Virus record (IMG/VR): IMGVR_UViG_3300032116_000218
Location: 1 to 59,181 of that record
DNA length: 59,181 nucleotides
Reading direction: 5' to 3' (one strand)
From: a virus
Lineage: Duplodnaviria > Caudoviricetes
The notes under the pieces are model-generated. The model made no database searches and had not been told where the DNA came from. It saw only the letters and a list, made by a program, of their open reading frames with translations. Each line of letters opens with the position of its first letter. Within the stretch, counting starts at the first letter, position 1. Shown one piece after another: positions 9,604-22,500 of this stretch. The translations under genes were made by a program, and so were the position numbers.

Positions 9604-12105
9604 TTACATTTCCATTTGTTGTTGTGCCATCATTGCCTCTTCTTCGGGAGACATTTGCTGACCACCTTCTTGCTGTTCCATCATGGCTTGCTCCTCCATC
9701 ATAGCTTGCTCTTCTGGAGACATCTGTTCGCCACCTTGCTGTTCCATCATGGCTTGTTCTTCCATCATAGCTTGTTCTTCTGGAGACATTTGCTGGCCTC
9801 CTCCTTGTTGTTGCTCCATCATGGCTTGTTCTTCTGGGGACATTTGTTGCTGACCGCCCGGAGCAACAGGCTCACCATTTTGTGGTTGCATCATTTGTTG
9901 CATTTGTTGCATTTGCTCAGGAGTTGCAAACATAAGCATAAGAGGCTGTATAGAAGAAAAGTCAAACTTTTTATTAGCAGGAGCAGAAACGATTGCTTTG
10001 GTAATCTCCTTGGCAATGTCGCCTTGTATACGAAGCTTTTCAAGCGTCTCTTTGCCTTGTTGTGCCATAGAGTTACTATCCTGCTGCACTTTTGCATTCA
10101 TCTCCATTTGCTGCATAGCATTGTTCTGCTGCTGCATCTTGCCCTTCCTCTCCTGTATAGACAGATATCCCCAAGCTTGCTTGAGGTTGTCTATCATTTT
10201 TAGATAGGCTATCTGGTCAAGAGTTATTGTTCCGGCAGCCAATGCTTGATTAGCTAAAGCATATAGTTCTTGCCAATCTCTTTCAGCTGGAAGCGGAGTT
10301 ACTTTAAGGTTAGGAATATGCTCTTTTGGATTCCCTGACTCAATGTTGTATATGCGATTTCCATTAACGCCTTGCCCGCCATTCATTATTAGGTCGAACA
10401 TTATGTTCTCCCAAAGATTCTGGTATAACTGTAGCTTGGCAAACATTAGCCCGCGAAGCACATTGTCGCTTCCAGACATTTGTGATTGCGTAACAAATTT
10501 ACCCTGCTCTGCTCCCGGAGCGGCTCCCAGTTCTACGTTTGGTATACCAATCAAATCACGCAAGAATGCAATGTGCTGCGTTAGCATACTAAACAGCAAT
10601 TGCAAGTTCTGGCCTCCTTGGTTGGCAATAATCTGAACAATTGATTTGCCGGAAGATGTGTTAATGCCTCTGAGCATTCCGCTATCTACCGTAATCAATC
10701 CCTTTGTAAGGGCTGTTGTGATAAGGTCGTCTTGAGTGATGTCGCTCTCTCCTTCTTCCATTGCAAAATCTGCAAGAGCGGCTTTGTCAATAACAGTAAT
10801 CCACGGCAAAAACTCCTTTGTATAGGTGTCTATCTTTTCTACCGTTTGCTGTATAATGTCTAAGTGCTTTTTTGCCCGGTCGATTACAGATTTGCTTTGC
10901 CCCTGTACCATGTTGGCTTGGTACATAATAAAACTGCCGTATGTCTTGGCCGGGTTGCTTCTGTATACGTTCTTAGGATCAGAGGTGATTGGTTGGCGTA
11001 TAGATTCTTTAACGCCATAATCGTAAATCTGACCAGTTCCGCAGATGTACTTGCCGCCAAAGACATTCTCCACCTTAGTTCTAAGAACAGGAGGCTTACC
11101 GCTTTCAATATCTTCTTGATAAGAAGTGGTAAAATTTCCTTCTTCATCAGTGTGACCAAATAAATCGTCAACACTAATAAATTCAAAATACATCACCAAC
11201 GCGTAGTCAACATATGTGCTGCTGTATATTGGAGTGCTGCCTTCGCTAAACGCACTCCATGTATACAACCAGTTGTACATCATGTCAAACCTACCGCCAC
11301 GGATTTTCTTCATTTCCTCCTCATCCATATACCCTGCGGCATCGTACATGATTTTGGTAATTGGAACAGGCTCTATTGTATACGCAAACACCACATCTCT
11401 GGCATCTTCTACCATTGAAAAACTCCACCCGGAATTGAGCGGGTCAAGTCTTTTAATAACTCGTTTGCCACCAGTGCGGTCTATCCAATATCCTCCAGTA
11501 GATGTAATGATTAAATCGTTGTCAACCATCTTGGCTAACACATCCAATTTACTGTCGTTCGACACTCCTTCAATGCCCAACTCAAGAGCCATCTCTTCGT
11601 TGAACTGAGGCATCATTGCCATCTTCAATTCAAGGTCTGTTGTGTCAATTGGAATGTCTTCAGGCGTTACTCCGAATTGACTTAAGAAAGGTTCAATTTC
11701 AGCACCGAACTTTTTCATCTCCATCAAGTATTCCATCTTGTACTTTAACTGGTCACGTTTATCCATAGAAAACGCGTCAATCATTGTAACATTTGGCTTG
11801 AATTGCATTTTGTTCATCTTGCCGTTAATCGCATCCACCATAGATGGAGCCACATGGACATTCCTTAAATCGGCTCCGGGCAAAGTGAATGCGTCATTGC
11901 CTGAGATGTTTTCAATCGGCCTGATTGTCCGTAATACAGATTGATTGGCAAGAGCGTATTGATAGTTCTCAGCCCACCGTCTGCGCGGACTGTTAAACAA
12001 AGCAACTTGCTGAAGATGCATCATCTCCAGACCCCTTGCAAATCTTAACCCATAATCCGGGTCTTTCTTTTCCTCAAACGGAACGGTAAGGTCGGGTGAA
12101 TACAT
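9604..12105 (-). CDS. Portal protein
   Basis: 833 aa; crAss-like portal features (V..IDAFS..KR, ENV.GGKYI.GT, ..RDLIG), Q/M-rich tail, typical position. Confidence 0.8.
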   Translation of the reverse strand: MYSPDLTVPFEEKKDPDYGLRFARGLEMMHLQQVALFNSPRRRWAENYQYALANQSVLRTIRPIENISGNDAFTLPGADLRNVHVAPSMVDAINGKMNKMQFKPNVTMIDAFSMDKRDQLKYKMEYLMEMKKFGAEIEPFLSQFGVTPEDIPIDTTDLELKMAMMPQFNEEMALELGIEGVSNDSKLDVLAKMVDNDLIITSTGGYWIDRTGGKRVIKRLDPLNSGWSFSMVEDARDVVFAYTIEPVPITKIMYDAAGYMDEEEMKKIRGGRFDMMYNWLYTWSAFSEGSTPIYSSTYVDYALVMYFEFISVDDLFGHTDEEGNFTTSYQEDIESGKPPVLRTKVENVFGGKYICGTGQIYDYGVKESIRQPITSDPKNVYRSNPAKTYGSFIMYQANMVQGQSKSVIDRAKKHLDIIQQTVEKIDTYTKEFLPWITVIDKAALADFAMEEGESDITQDDLITTALTKGLITVDSGMLRGINTSSGKSIVQIIANQGGQNLQLLFSMLTQHIAFLRDLIGIPNVELGAAPGAEQGKFVTQSQMSGSDNVLRGLMFAKLQLYQNLWENIMFDLIMNGGQGVNGNRIYNIESGNPKEHIPNLKVTPLPAERDWQELYALANQALAAGTITLDQIAYLKMIDNLKQAWGYLSIQERKGKMQQQNNAMQQMEMNAKVQQDSNSMAQQGKETLEKLRIQGDIAKEITKAIVSAPANKKFDFSSIQPLMLMFATPEQMQQMQQMMQPQNGEPVAPGGQQQMSPEEQAMMEQQQGGGQQMSPEEQAMMEEQAMMEQQGGEQMSPEEQAMMEEQAMMEQQEGGQQMSPEEEAMMAQQQMEM
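9620..9850 (-). repeat. Tandem coding repeats in portal C-terminus
   Basis: Four units encoding QMSPEE[QE]AMM...QQ.GG. Confidence 0.85.
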
Positions 12106-12111
12106 TTGCTT

Positions 12112-13044
12112 TTAAGGCGTAAGAGTCGGGTACAATAAGTTATATTTTCTTGTCAAAATTCCGTTGTCTAACTCTGTAGGCGGGTCTAACAATGTAGGGT
12201 CGTAACCCGTGACAAATTTTGGCTTCTCATATTTTGGAAATGCCGGGTCAAGTTTAAAAGGAGTGTAAAATTGCGGCTTTCCCATAGGATTGCTCATTTT
12301 ATAAGGAGCAACGGAAGATGGTGGCGTTGAAGACCGACTGCCCTTGTCTGGCTTTTCTTTTGGATTTTGCAAAACAACAGAGTTAACCAATCCGCTAATA
12401 AGAGACTCTCCAGACTTGGCAAAATTGATGTCGCGGGCTTGCTTAAGAGCAGCCAATGCTTCTCTGTTTTTCTGAGCAGAAAAAGCCTCTTCAGAGCCAA
12501 GTTTTCCTAATGCTGCATTATACGCTGCGCGTCTATTAATTTGTTCGGCAGCCCCCTCAGCATCAACTTGTCTCATACCCTTGTTATACATATCTTCAGA
12601 ACCGTATAATGCCCTTAAATAATCAGACGAGTTTCCAGCCCTTTTAGCATAAGCCATTCTTGCCGCTCTTGCATCATTAAGGTTTTGAACCTTTTGCCCG
12701 TAATTAGTAGCCGGTGCATTAAGCTGCTGTCCAAGGGTTTGTACAATATCACGCGATTGCTGCGGGACAAGGTCTGTAGGCTTATAGTTTCTTGCCTCCT
12801 TCCTAAGACGCATGGCTTGTATAAAAGGAATTGCAGCACCGCCTAACGCAGCAGCACCCATTCCATAATCCAACCCCATGTCTTTGTTGGTTAACGCAGC
12901 AAGGTCTGACTTACTTGAAAATGTCCCCCCTTTACCAGCAAGCAATGCGGCTAAATTTGGGTCAATGCCATCTGTCCCAGATGCGCCCATAAGGGCTTGT
13001 ATTTCTTGAAGAGTATATTTTTTTTCAGGAGGTATTACAGCCAT
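12112..13044 (-). CDS. Putative ejected (cargo) protein
   Basis: 310 aa; Gly/Ala hydrophobic segment (GMGAAALGGAAIP) followed by coiled-coil-like sequence. Confidence 0.5.
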   Translation of the reverse strand: MAVIPPEKKYTLQEIQALMGASGTDGIDPNLAALLAGKGGTFSSKSDLAALTNKDMGLDYGMGAAALGGAAIPFIQAMRLRKEARNYKPTDLVPQQSRDIVQTLGQQLNAPATNYGQKVQNLNDARAARMAYAKRAGNSSDYLRALYGSEDMYNKGMRQVDAEGAAEQINRRAAYNAALGKLGSEEAFSAQKNREALAALKQARDINFAKSGESLISGLVNSVVLQNPKEKPDKGSRSSTPPSSVAPYKMSNPMGKPQFYTPFKLDPAFPKYEKPKFVTGYDPTLLDPPTELDNGILTRKYNLLYPTLTP

Positions 13045-13056
13045 AACGCAATATTT

Positions 13057-16000
13057 TTATTGGACAACCGACTTATTACTTTTTACTTCAATGAAGTTCA
13101 ATTTATCAAAACCAGTAATGCTAAATACAAAAGTAGAATATAATATCCTACTTTCCATAGCTTTGCCTGAAAAGACAGTTCCGCTTTTTGTGTCTCGTCT
13201 AATGGCAGCTTCGTAATTATCTTTTCGCTGAATGTACCAATCTCTTAGGATATCTGTTTCTCTGTTTGCGGTTGTTTCTGTTTTGCAGTCTGTGCTTGCC
13301 GGGACCGGGCCATACACTTTTATAGTGTTCCAGTTTTTAACCACTGCTGGAGACTCGTTGGTTACGATTGTCAACTCAGGAGCCTTGTCGCTTCCAAAGA
13401 AACTATTGTCCGGGTTTCCGACTTGTGTTACCCACACCTCGCCGTTCAAGAACATATAATGCTTCAACGCAAGACTGGCTCCGAGTTCCGGCGTTTGCCC
13501 GGATTGATTTGAATATTCTCGCCGACCCTGATATGACTTGTATTTTTCGTTAAAAGCCACTGCGGGCTGCCCGGACGGGATAAGCAATGCCTCATCGGTC
13601 ACCTGATCGTACATGGTGAAAACAGATTTATTGCTTGCGTAGTTGTTCCTAAGGTAGTTGCCAAACATATACGTTTTGCCAAGTCTTTCCATTCCAGCAT
13701 TTGTATATCGGATAAAATCGTTAACCACCTCGCTCCACCAGTAGATTGTTGATTCTGGTGTACTGGAAATGTTTCTCAGCCTTTGCGCCCCATATTGCCC
13801 CCGCAACGGCCTATTGCTTCCAAGCACGTTCTTGGACAAACTGATTGTTGATGTGCCATCGTTTGCCGTTTGCTGTATAGCATTTAGATATATAGATTGT
13901 ATACCAAGAGTTCCGATGGCAAGCATAACGCCCGGCTGATCCTGTGCCGTGTTTGTAATAGCCGTTGCTGTAATTGGTCCATTTTCGGCTGGCATAGATT
14001 GAGCGTCTATGCTGTTCATTCGGTTAAGAGCATTAATTTGACTGCCCAAAATTATTTGCCCTGACGGTATAATATTGTTTTGAGCAATTGTCTGTTTTTG
14101 GTTTTCGTTTACAATTGAAGGCTGACCAATACTGCTTGACCAAGTCGTGCTATATATGTCGCACGGGTTCATTGAAATGCCCCATCCATTTACGGTAACA
14201 TCTCTGTATTCGTATGTATTTCCATTTTCTGGTTTATTTGCAGACAACGTGTATACATTATTGGGGTTTGTGTAATTGTTATTTACTGCTCCATCAAAAT
14301 AAAACTTTGCTTCGGTTAATGATGTGCCACCAAACATTTTTTTGTATTCTGTTATGTAGCAATCTCCTCGCAGGATGCCTTTTGTCACAAAAGGTGTTGT
14401 GTAGTCGTAAGTTCCGGGAACAACAAATGTGTTTTCGTTTTGATAATAAATTTCTTCAGATTGCCTTTTTTTGCTGTAAATATAAACCTGATACTGAAAA
14501 TTTTGTCTGGACAAAACAAATGCATCTTCGTTTTCGTTTCTAAGATAGCTATTTTTAGGAGGCTCGCTACATACAAATGTTGAAAGAATTTGTGTGCTGT
14601 CTTCTTTTCTAACAACTCTGTTTCCTCTTCTGCTTACAACACTGCTTTTATTGTCTGCATTTGGCCTTCTAACATAAAAATAGGTTCCGTCATAGCTGTC
14701 TATCTTATACTCTTTAAGCGGTATTCCCGTTGTTGTGTTTGCTTTTCCTCCTTGTATAATAGTGCCAAAAGTGTATTCATATTCTTGTGCAAAGCATATG
14801 TAGGTTTCCTCTTCTGGGTTCCAAATAAAAGGCTCCTTAGAACTTAGTCTAAAAGCAAGACCTTCGTAATTGTAATTGTCCTTTTTGTCGTCCGATTGAA
14901 TAACATCAATTGGGAACCAATCTGCATAACTCCCTCCTGTGTAAAAAATTGGCAAACTTGAAACGGCGTTTTTGCTATTGGACGAATACCAATAAAACAC
15001 TTTTACCAAGGTTTTAAAGAAAAAAATGTAATCTAAATTTTTGGTCATCACAACCCGGTACGACTTGACCCAGTCTGGAAGTGATCCTGTTATTTCATAT
15101 TTTACTTGGTACAAAAAATCATTATCATTATTTGGGAATTGATTTTTTTCATAGACATTAGCATCTAATGTTGGGTCTGCGTATTTGAATCTTTTTTTTG
15201 AATATGTAGGTCTTGGTATTAAAAATTCTTTCTCAGAAATTACCCCAATCCTTCTACCATATTCGTCAAGCAATTCAATTCCCGCTTTATATCGTCCAAA
15301 CATAAAGGTTTGTTCTCCGGGTTTTCCTGTTTTAGGAACGCCAACTCTTTCAATAATTTGCCCATCTCTAAGGGTCACAAAAACAGATGTGGTCTGTTTT
15401 TCTACAGTTAATTTAAGAGACAAGTCTGTCCAGTTTTCATAATCAATCACATAGTTGCTGTGAAATATCCTGTTAATGGCTATTGTGTTGCAAGTGCTTG
15501 TAATTGGCATTGCGTCAAAATAACTGTCTGTAACATCAGCGTCAACTGGCAGCAACTGAGCAAAAATCATGTTTTCAACATAATGCGTAATGGTTGGCCC
15601 GTAGTTAGAAATTAATTCATTGTTATACGTTAATAAGTCAAACGCTGGCCGATAGTTTGCTGGTTTATTGTCTATCTTTTTAAGAATATTCCAACTTCCT
15701 TCGTTTCCGCGTCTGTATACAATCATAACGGCTCGTATAACATTGTTGTCTTTTATGTAGTTATCAAATTCGTAATTTGGGAAAATGATTTCTAATTCCT
15801 TAGAAAAGAATGTAATACTACTAATTGGGGCTAATCTACTTTCTTCGTAATTGTCGTAGATGTAGTAATAAGAAAATTGATAGCCATCAGCAACTTGTTC
15901 ACTTTCTGTGTTTGGAAGAATGTCAAAGGAAGCTATTGGATAGTTTTCCACAATACTGTATGTGGTTCTTTGCTTTGTCTTGTCTTTTAGAGTTACAAGC

Positions 16001-16527
16001 AACGGCAATGCTCCCGGCCTTTTGATTTGCGTATACATCCACTCGGCATAGGTGTTTGGATATTTAACCTGAACCCCATTCTCAAACAACTGGCCTGTCG
16101 CTTTTTTGACATTAATCATTTTGGGCTGATTGACCCCGTCTGTCCAATACAGCTTGTCGTCAATAAAATCAATGGACACATCCATATCGGGAAAAAAATT
16201 TAACCAATCTCCCTCAACAATAAGCGAAACAGTGTCGTTTTTTATCTGATAAATGCCATGCCTTATTGGGTTTGTTTTGCCATTGAAATTATACATTGCA
16301 AAATAAATGGCTTGATTTTCATAGTCATTATGTGTGCCAATTACTTTGCTGACTCCCGGAGGAGGCGTAAAATTTAGCTTGGTATTGCCGTATACCAGAA
16401 TACCCCCGGATAGATTTTCATCAGAATCGGAAACAGAAAACCGAAGATTCTTTGCGTCTCTTGCCTGATTAGGTTTGATTACCCTGTCATCTATGTCCGG
16501 GTTAACGCTGTCGATCCTGTGTATCAT
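13057..16527 (-). CDS. Tail stabilisation/muzzle protein (crAss-like)
   Basis: 1156 aa; N-terminal D.D.R...P...RDA.N.R, LYWTDG.NQP..IN and YQFSY.YIY...EES.LAP.S motifs. Confidence 0.75.
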   Translation of the reverse strand: MIHRIDSVNPDIDDRVIKPNQARDAKNLRFSVSDSDENLSGGILVYGNTKLNFTPPPGVSKVIGTHNDYENQAIYFAMYNFNGKTNPIRHGIYQIKNDTVSLIVEGDWLNFFPDMDVSIDFIDDKLYWTDGVNQPKMINVKKATGQLFENGVQVKYPNTYAEWMYTQIKRPGALPLLVTLKDKTKQRTTYSIVENYPIASFDILPNTESEQVADGYQFSYYYIYDNYEESRLAPISSITFFSKELEIIFPNYEFDNYIKDNNVIRAVMIVYRRGNEGSWNILKKIDNKPANYRPAFDLLTYNNELISNYGPTITHYVENMIFAQLLPVDADVTDSYFDAMPITSTCNTIAINRIFHSNYVIDYENWTDLSLKLTVEKQTTSVFVTLRDGQIIERVGVPKTGKPGEQTFMFGRYKAGIELLDEYGRRIGVISEKEFLIPRPTYSKKRFKYADPTLDANVYEKNQFPNNDNDFLYQVKYEITGSLPDWVKSYRVVMTKNLDYIFFFKTLVKVFYWYSSNSKNAVSSLPIFYTGGSYADWFPIDVIQSDDKKDNYNYEGLAFRLSSKEPFIWNPEEETYICFAQEYEYTFGTIIQGGKANTTTGIPLKEYKIDSYDGTYFYVRRPNADNKSSVVSRRGNRVVRKEDSTQILSTFVCSEPPKNSYLRNENEDAFVLSRQNFQYQVYIYSKKRQSEEIYYQNENTFVVPGTYDYTTPFVTKGILRGDCYITEYKKMFGGTSLTEAKFYFDGAVNNNYTNPNNVYTLSANKPENGNTYEYRDVTVNGWGISMNPCDIYSTTWSSSIGQPSIVNENQKQTIAQNNIIPSGQIILGSQINALNRMNSIDAQSMPAENGPITATAITNTAQDQPGVMLAIGTLGIQSIYLNAIQQTANDGTSTISLSKNVLGSNRPLRGQYGAQRLRNISSTPESTIYWWSEVVNDFIRYTNAGMERLGKTYMFGNYLRNNYASNKSVFTMYDQVTDEALLIPSGQPAVAFNEKYKSYQGRREYSNQSGQTPELGASLALKHYMFLNGEVWVTQVGNPDNSFFGSDKAPELTIVTNESPAVVKNWNTIKVYGPVPASTDCKTETTANRETDILRDWYIQRKDNYEAAIRRDTKSGTVFSGKAMESRILYSTFVFSITGFDKLNFIEVKSNKSVVQ

Positions 16528-19500
16528 TTCGCTGGCATTTTAAATTTATGAGGATTCTTAATACTTTTTTGTGCTTCCAAGGCTGCTGCGTTTTCAGCAC
16601 TTTTCTTAAGTTGTTCTGCTGACTTTCTTTTTTTAACCGGAACGTACTTGTTTCGCATTGTCAACAAATGAATTTCGTTAAGGTACTCCTTGTTGTACAC
16701 CTGAACAAATTTAGACATTTCATTGGCAGGAACATAATATCCAATACCATCATCTTGCCAAGACATTTTAAATATAAATTTATCTGGAATGTTTCTTTCG
16801 CGAATTGTGTTTACCCAGTTTTTGTATTCAGGAGAATTGCCATCGCGGAAAGCCTTCATAACTTCATCTCCTCCAGCTACTTTTAAAATAGACTGGATGG
16901 TCTGTGCTTTGATTCTGGCTAAATAATAAAGATCGCCCCAAGCCATAAGCATTGCGGTGGCTTGAACGGCAACCGCAATTTGAAACTCTTGGTCTTTACT
17001 TTTTGCTGCTTTGTACATTTGCTCAATAAGAGGAGCAACTACTCCGTATACGCCCGGATAATCGTTGCTACGCTTAAATAACAAATCAAGCTTGTCTCCA
17101 GTTGCCCCTTCACTGGCTATACCGTATACAACTTCTGATGCAACAATGGTTGCCGACTTTAAAGCATCGCCTAACAAACTAACCATAGGCCCAACAGTCA
17201 AATCCATTACCACAGAAGCAGGAACTTGATACCAATACTTCATAAACCTTTTCTTGCGTTGCTCTTCGCTTTCTTCGTCCAGCCAATCTAAGTCTCTGCC
17301 AATTGCTTTCAACCCTTCGCCCACCGCTCTAAGCATAAGCTGATACATAACTTGCTGAACAGCTAAAGAAATCATTTGCTTTTTAGCAATGTCTTTTTGC
17401 AGTTTTGTATAACCGGCTCCCTGAAGAATTTTAGCATTGCTCCAGAAATTAGAAGTGGTGACAAAGTTGTATGTGCCAAGGAAGTATAAGAACTTCTTCA
17501 TTGTCCCGGCATCCTTAAGCTGCAATGGCAAGAAGTGCCTGTTAGCTGTACTGTTTGCCATTTCAGCATTGTTTTCTGCTGCGGCCAAAGCCGTTTCATT
17601 AAACACGCCATTGTTGGAGTTTTCTACAAACTTGTCTGGATTTGTGTTTGCTAAATAGCCAGACAGCAAAAGCATACGCTGTGTAAACCGGTTGGCATTT
17701 ACAAGGTATTCTGGTTTGATTTTATCAAACACTCCCGTAATCTTGTCCATCACCGGGCCTTTGTTTCGGCCAAGCGTATCTAATTCAATATACGACAAAG
17801 CAAGCGTATACGGCTCGCTTGTGTTTTTATAGAACCTATCAAGAGCCTCTTGCGTTTTCTTGTCGCCCATCCCTTTCATTATAAGCCCCATTGCTTGCAA
17901 TGTAGCCGCAGGGTTGGTTACAAATCCAGCCGTTACGCCCATTGTCTGCTTAAACAATTGAGTGAAGTTGTTTAGAATGGTTGTGGTAACAATATTGAAA
18001 AATGCACTTCCAAACTTTTCCCTGCCGCTGCGGTTGTCCGGGAAGATCATTGGGTCGCGCAGGATGCCTTTAACGCTACTTACAATGTACTTCTTAATCT
18101 GACTATTAGTGTCTGCGTTGTTTGTGATGTTTGCTTTGTTAATCAAAGCATTTGTATACGCATACGCTTTTGAAAGTTCGATTGTAGCATTGATGTCCCA
18201 CACGCCATTTACCAATGTCTCATATCCATCAAGAATGTAAAAGCCGCCCCGCTCAGGCATAGTGTTTGTTCGACCTTCATTCCGAGCAGCAATGTCTGTG
18301 TCTTGCTTTGTGGTCTTAGGGTCAATACTTCCCATCGGTGGTAGGTCTTCAGCAGCTGCTTGAAGGTCTGCCTTTGAGACATCTGTTTTGTAGAACGACC
18401 TTGGGTAGTACTGGAATATCTGGTCAAAATCCTTTCCATGATACTCCGCCATTGCGGCTGTATACGCAGCAGTTTTTGATGTCAATATGTTTTGAGCATA
18501 CTTCCAAGCTTTCTTAACCTTGTCTGGAGCAAGAGCGTCAACATTAATATTGTCAGCAGCTACCCATTGGCCGTTTTCCAACCTAATAACCCCCAAAGCT
18601 TTTAACGCCTCAGTGTTGCCAGAGTAGTAGTGCTGAAGCATTGCCACCTCCTGACTGTCGCTGTTCATTTCTTTTGCAGCGGCTATTTGGTCGCGTAGAT
18701 TGTTCATCTGCGCCGCCAGAACACCGGCCTTTATTTCCGGCGTTTGTCCACCAGTTTCTTCTTTGAAAAAACCATATGCACCCAAGGTAAATTTATCGGT
18801 ATCGGATATCCCTAGCTTTGAAAACGCTTGGTCGATTTGCGTCCTGAGTTCCTGTGTTTCAATTGTTACACGGGCAGCGTTTCTGTCCCAACCACCGACA
18901 AGCATTCTTCTAATCTCATCAGCATTTGCCGCAAGCGATTGAAGTCTTCCGGCAATTCCGCCAGCAGCCAGCTTTTGAATATTGGCAATGATTCCGCTTT
19001 TCTGTATACGCTTTGCATCGTTAAGGGCGCGAACGGTTTCAACTATTGCAGGAATACTAAACAGCACTCCTGTTTCGTCATACGTTTTAAGTGCGTTTGA
19101 TATCAGATTTAGCGCATCCTTGTCCAGCAGAGACAAATCCATTCCAAGCAATTCCTTGGCCGATGGGATTTCGTTTGCGTATTCCTGAAGGGCTTGCTTT
19201 GTGCGAAACTGCATTTCGGCAAGGGTCATTCTAGCAATCTTTCTTACCCCGGCTTTCCTTGTTTTAGAAGGCATTACTTTAGATGCCTCGTTAAATGCTG
19301 CGTCTATTTCAGAAATCTCAAACTTAACAGGAGACTGATTTACCCGGCTGTCTACAAAGTTTGTAGCCATTTCACGCAACTTGATTAGCGTTGCCTCGTC
19401 AAGCAAATAGAATCTTGGAATGGCAAGGTTGGCAATAAACCGCTGATCGGCGGCTGTCAACTTTTTGCTGTTGCGAAGCTTTTTCAAAGCCTTGAATGCA

Positions 19501-22500
19501 TCTTTTGCTTTGTTAACTTTGTCGAGAAGGTCTTTCTTTTTAACCAGCCTGTCTACAAAATCCATAGCATCGGCAAGGTCTTCTTCGCTGTTAAGGAAGT
19601 TTCTGAATTGCTTCATCAATGCCCTTGCCTCCGGGATGGTAAGTTTTGCAGCGGCTTTGAGTTTGCTTACATAGTCAGAAAAGTATTCCGATTCCGTCTT
19701 AGCCTCCTCCCGCTCTTCCATTGCCTTCACCTGAGCATCAATGTCAGCTTCGCTTAAGCCAGCTGCTTGCATTAACCCCCTTGCCTTGGCAAGAACCTCG
19801 TAGAAGTATATCTTAGTAGGGTTTGCTTTTTGCTCGTTGATAAGGTCTTGTATAGCGTTGCGTAATTTGATTGGAAGCGACTTTCTAAATTGCGTCTCTT
19901 CCGTTGCCACAACTTTTCCAGCAATCTCTTTACCACCAAGAATGTCAGCAATTGCCCCCTCAACAAATTGATTTAACGTAATGTTTGCAAGCTTGTTTGC
20001 AGGAACTTTTAAAAGGGACTTAAATGTTTTTTGAACATACTCAAACATTGCATTTAGCCACTTGCTGAAGTTTGCTTTTTGAGCAGCATTTACAATTGAT
20101 TCGCCTTTATTGCCAATCAATACAGCAAGAGCCTCTTTCCGAGCCTGTATATTGTCGCCATATTCCGCAATTGCAGCAGTTAATTCTTTAGTGCCTTCAA
20201 TCAATTTGAATCCTTGCTGAAGCAAATCGTTATTGGTTTGCTCAAGCATATCCACCCAGATGTGACCCGCTTCGTGTATAGCTGTATTAAAGTCTTTGAT
20301 GTCTGGGTTTATATAAATGCTACCGTCTTTAGTCAGCCCGTATACAACTTCTCCGTTTTTAATATACTTTTTGACATTTGGGTCAGACATAATGTTTGCC
20401 CAGCTATCTGCGTCAGTAAAGAACTGGACACTTGGAAACGCAAGGCGTAACGCCCCTACAAGTTTGTCAAAATCAGAAAGGTCTTTTACCAAGCTTTCGC
20501 CGCGAAGATACTTGGTTGCAAGTCCTGCGCCGGTGGCATTGCTTATAGATTGGTTTGCGGTAATGTTAGAATTATTTGCTTCCGCCATCTTATTTAGTGT
20601 GGCGGCATAAGCAGCAGGAGATACTGAAGCAATGTGAACCGTATCTTTAAGCACTCCAAGCCCTTTGCCCTTTAGTGTGGCAGGATAATTTGGGTGGGTG
20701 TTGGTTGTTAAAGAACCGCTTGCTGTTGCGTCTACGCCAACAAATGATATGATGTGCCTGTCTGGAACATTTTTTAATGACGGTTCTGTAATGTTATCTA
20801 CAAGATTTCCGATATTCAGCTTTAGCCCCTCCTGTGGATTCAGTCCTTCCATTAAAGCATCCACTGCTGGTTTTCCTGATTTTCTATTTTTTAATTTTGA
20901 TTGAGGCGAGCCAGCTTCTCCCGTTGTTATTCTTTTAATAATCAAAGGTCTTGCGCCTATAGGAAGTGTTTTTATTTTCCGCACAAAATCATCAAACGAC
21001 TTAGAGATTTTTGTTAACTCAAGAGCCTTTTTTAAACCTCTTAGATTGGAAACATCAGAAGTCCTTGGGGGCTTACCATTAGACTTGGCTAAATCAATGT
21101 TTTTTTGAAGCCCATCAATCTGTTTTTGAATATCCGCTGGCAATGCTGCAAGAGCAGCTGCTTTGTTTTCGGCAGGAAAAGAAGGAATGTTTTGTTCTAA
21201 TTGCCTCACAACGGCTTCATTGGACTCCATTGCCTGTACGCCCATTTTTACCACAGCAACCGGCACAATTCCGTCTGGATATTTTTCAGGATGTTTTCTA
21301 TACAATTCTTTTGCTTGCTTTAACAATCCATCAGCTTTGCTTTTTTCTGCAAAAGCCCAAGCGTGTTCTGTATTCCCTTCGCTATAGTTGAAATACAAAC
21401 CGCCTTTTAGGTTTTTGATTTTCTGCCCTGTATACGGGTTTGTTATTTCCCCAGTAGTGAGTTCATCAGATATTGTAAATAACACTGGACGGCCTAAGAA
21501 ATCGTCAATAGACACAACCGGAACATCTTTTACAATGCCTTTTCGCTTTGATTTCTTTGTGTCTAACACCCCGCGTTGCTGAGTGATTGTATAAATGTTT
21601 CTTTCAATCCCGGCTCCCGGAAGTGTGTTCATTACATTGACAATGGCAGCAATGTTGTCTGGAGTGTTTTCCTCGTTTTCCGACAATTCCATTGCTTTTC
21701 TGAACTCAACACCACCGCCTTCTGGAATCATCAAGGCAGCACCGCCTTGAAGGTCAATGTCGGGACCCGTATTGTACTTTTCGTATTGTTCAAGCCTAAC
21801 TACGTTCTTTTTGTCTGCTACTGGCTTTGCGCTGTAACTACCAGCATCTAAAACGCCAATAGTAATCTTGTCCATGCCAACGCCATTCTTTTTAGCAAAA
21901 CGATAAGCGTCTTTAAGCATAAGATTAATAGGCCCAGACATCTCTCTAATCTTTAATCCTTTTGGTGTTTCTGCCAAAATAAAGAATGATCCACCAGAGC
22001 ATTGGTTGTAGTTGTCCTTTGTTGGACCCATTAAGTATTGCTCCAGTTTTTCTCCTGTAGATTTTTTTGCCAGACAGTGAATAGAACTATTAAACTGTCC
22101 GGGGTTTAAGCGAGCATTGGTATCTATATCAAGAAACGGAGTTTGATGCAATTGACTTACGACAATGTCTTCCTCTTTTACATCCCCCAGTTTTTTAAGA
22201 GTTAGCCTTACTAAATTGTTGTTTTCTTTTTTAAATGTAGGAACCCAAGCATCAGGTGTTTTATATTTTATTTCAGCAAGAAACTGTTCTTTAAGTTTCT
22301 TCAAAAGTGGATTAGATGTTAAATGGGTAAGGTCTTGAGGGCTAACTAAAAAATGCCCAACCCCTTCAACATTAGCAACCCCAGAAGCACCGTAAGCCTT
22401 AAAGTTTCTTTTGTGAGGGCCGGGGACATATACAAGATGACCGTTGTCGGCATCTCTTTGATACATCCAAAGTTTAAACCCTTGACTTTCTTGCTTCCAA

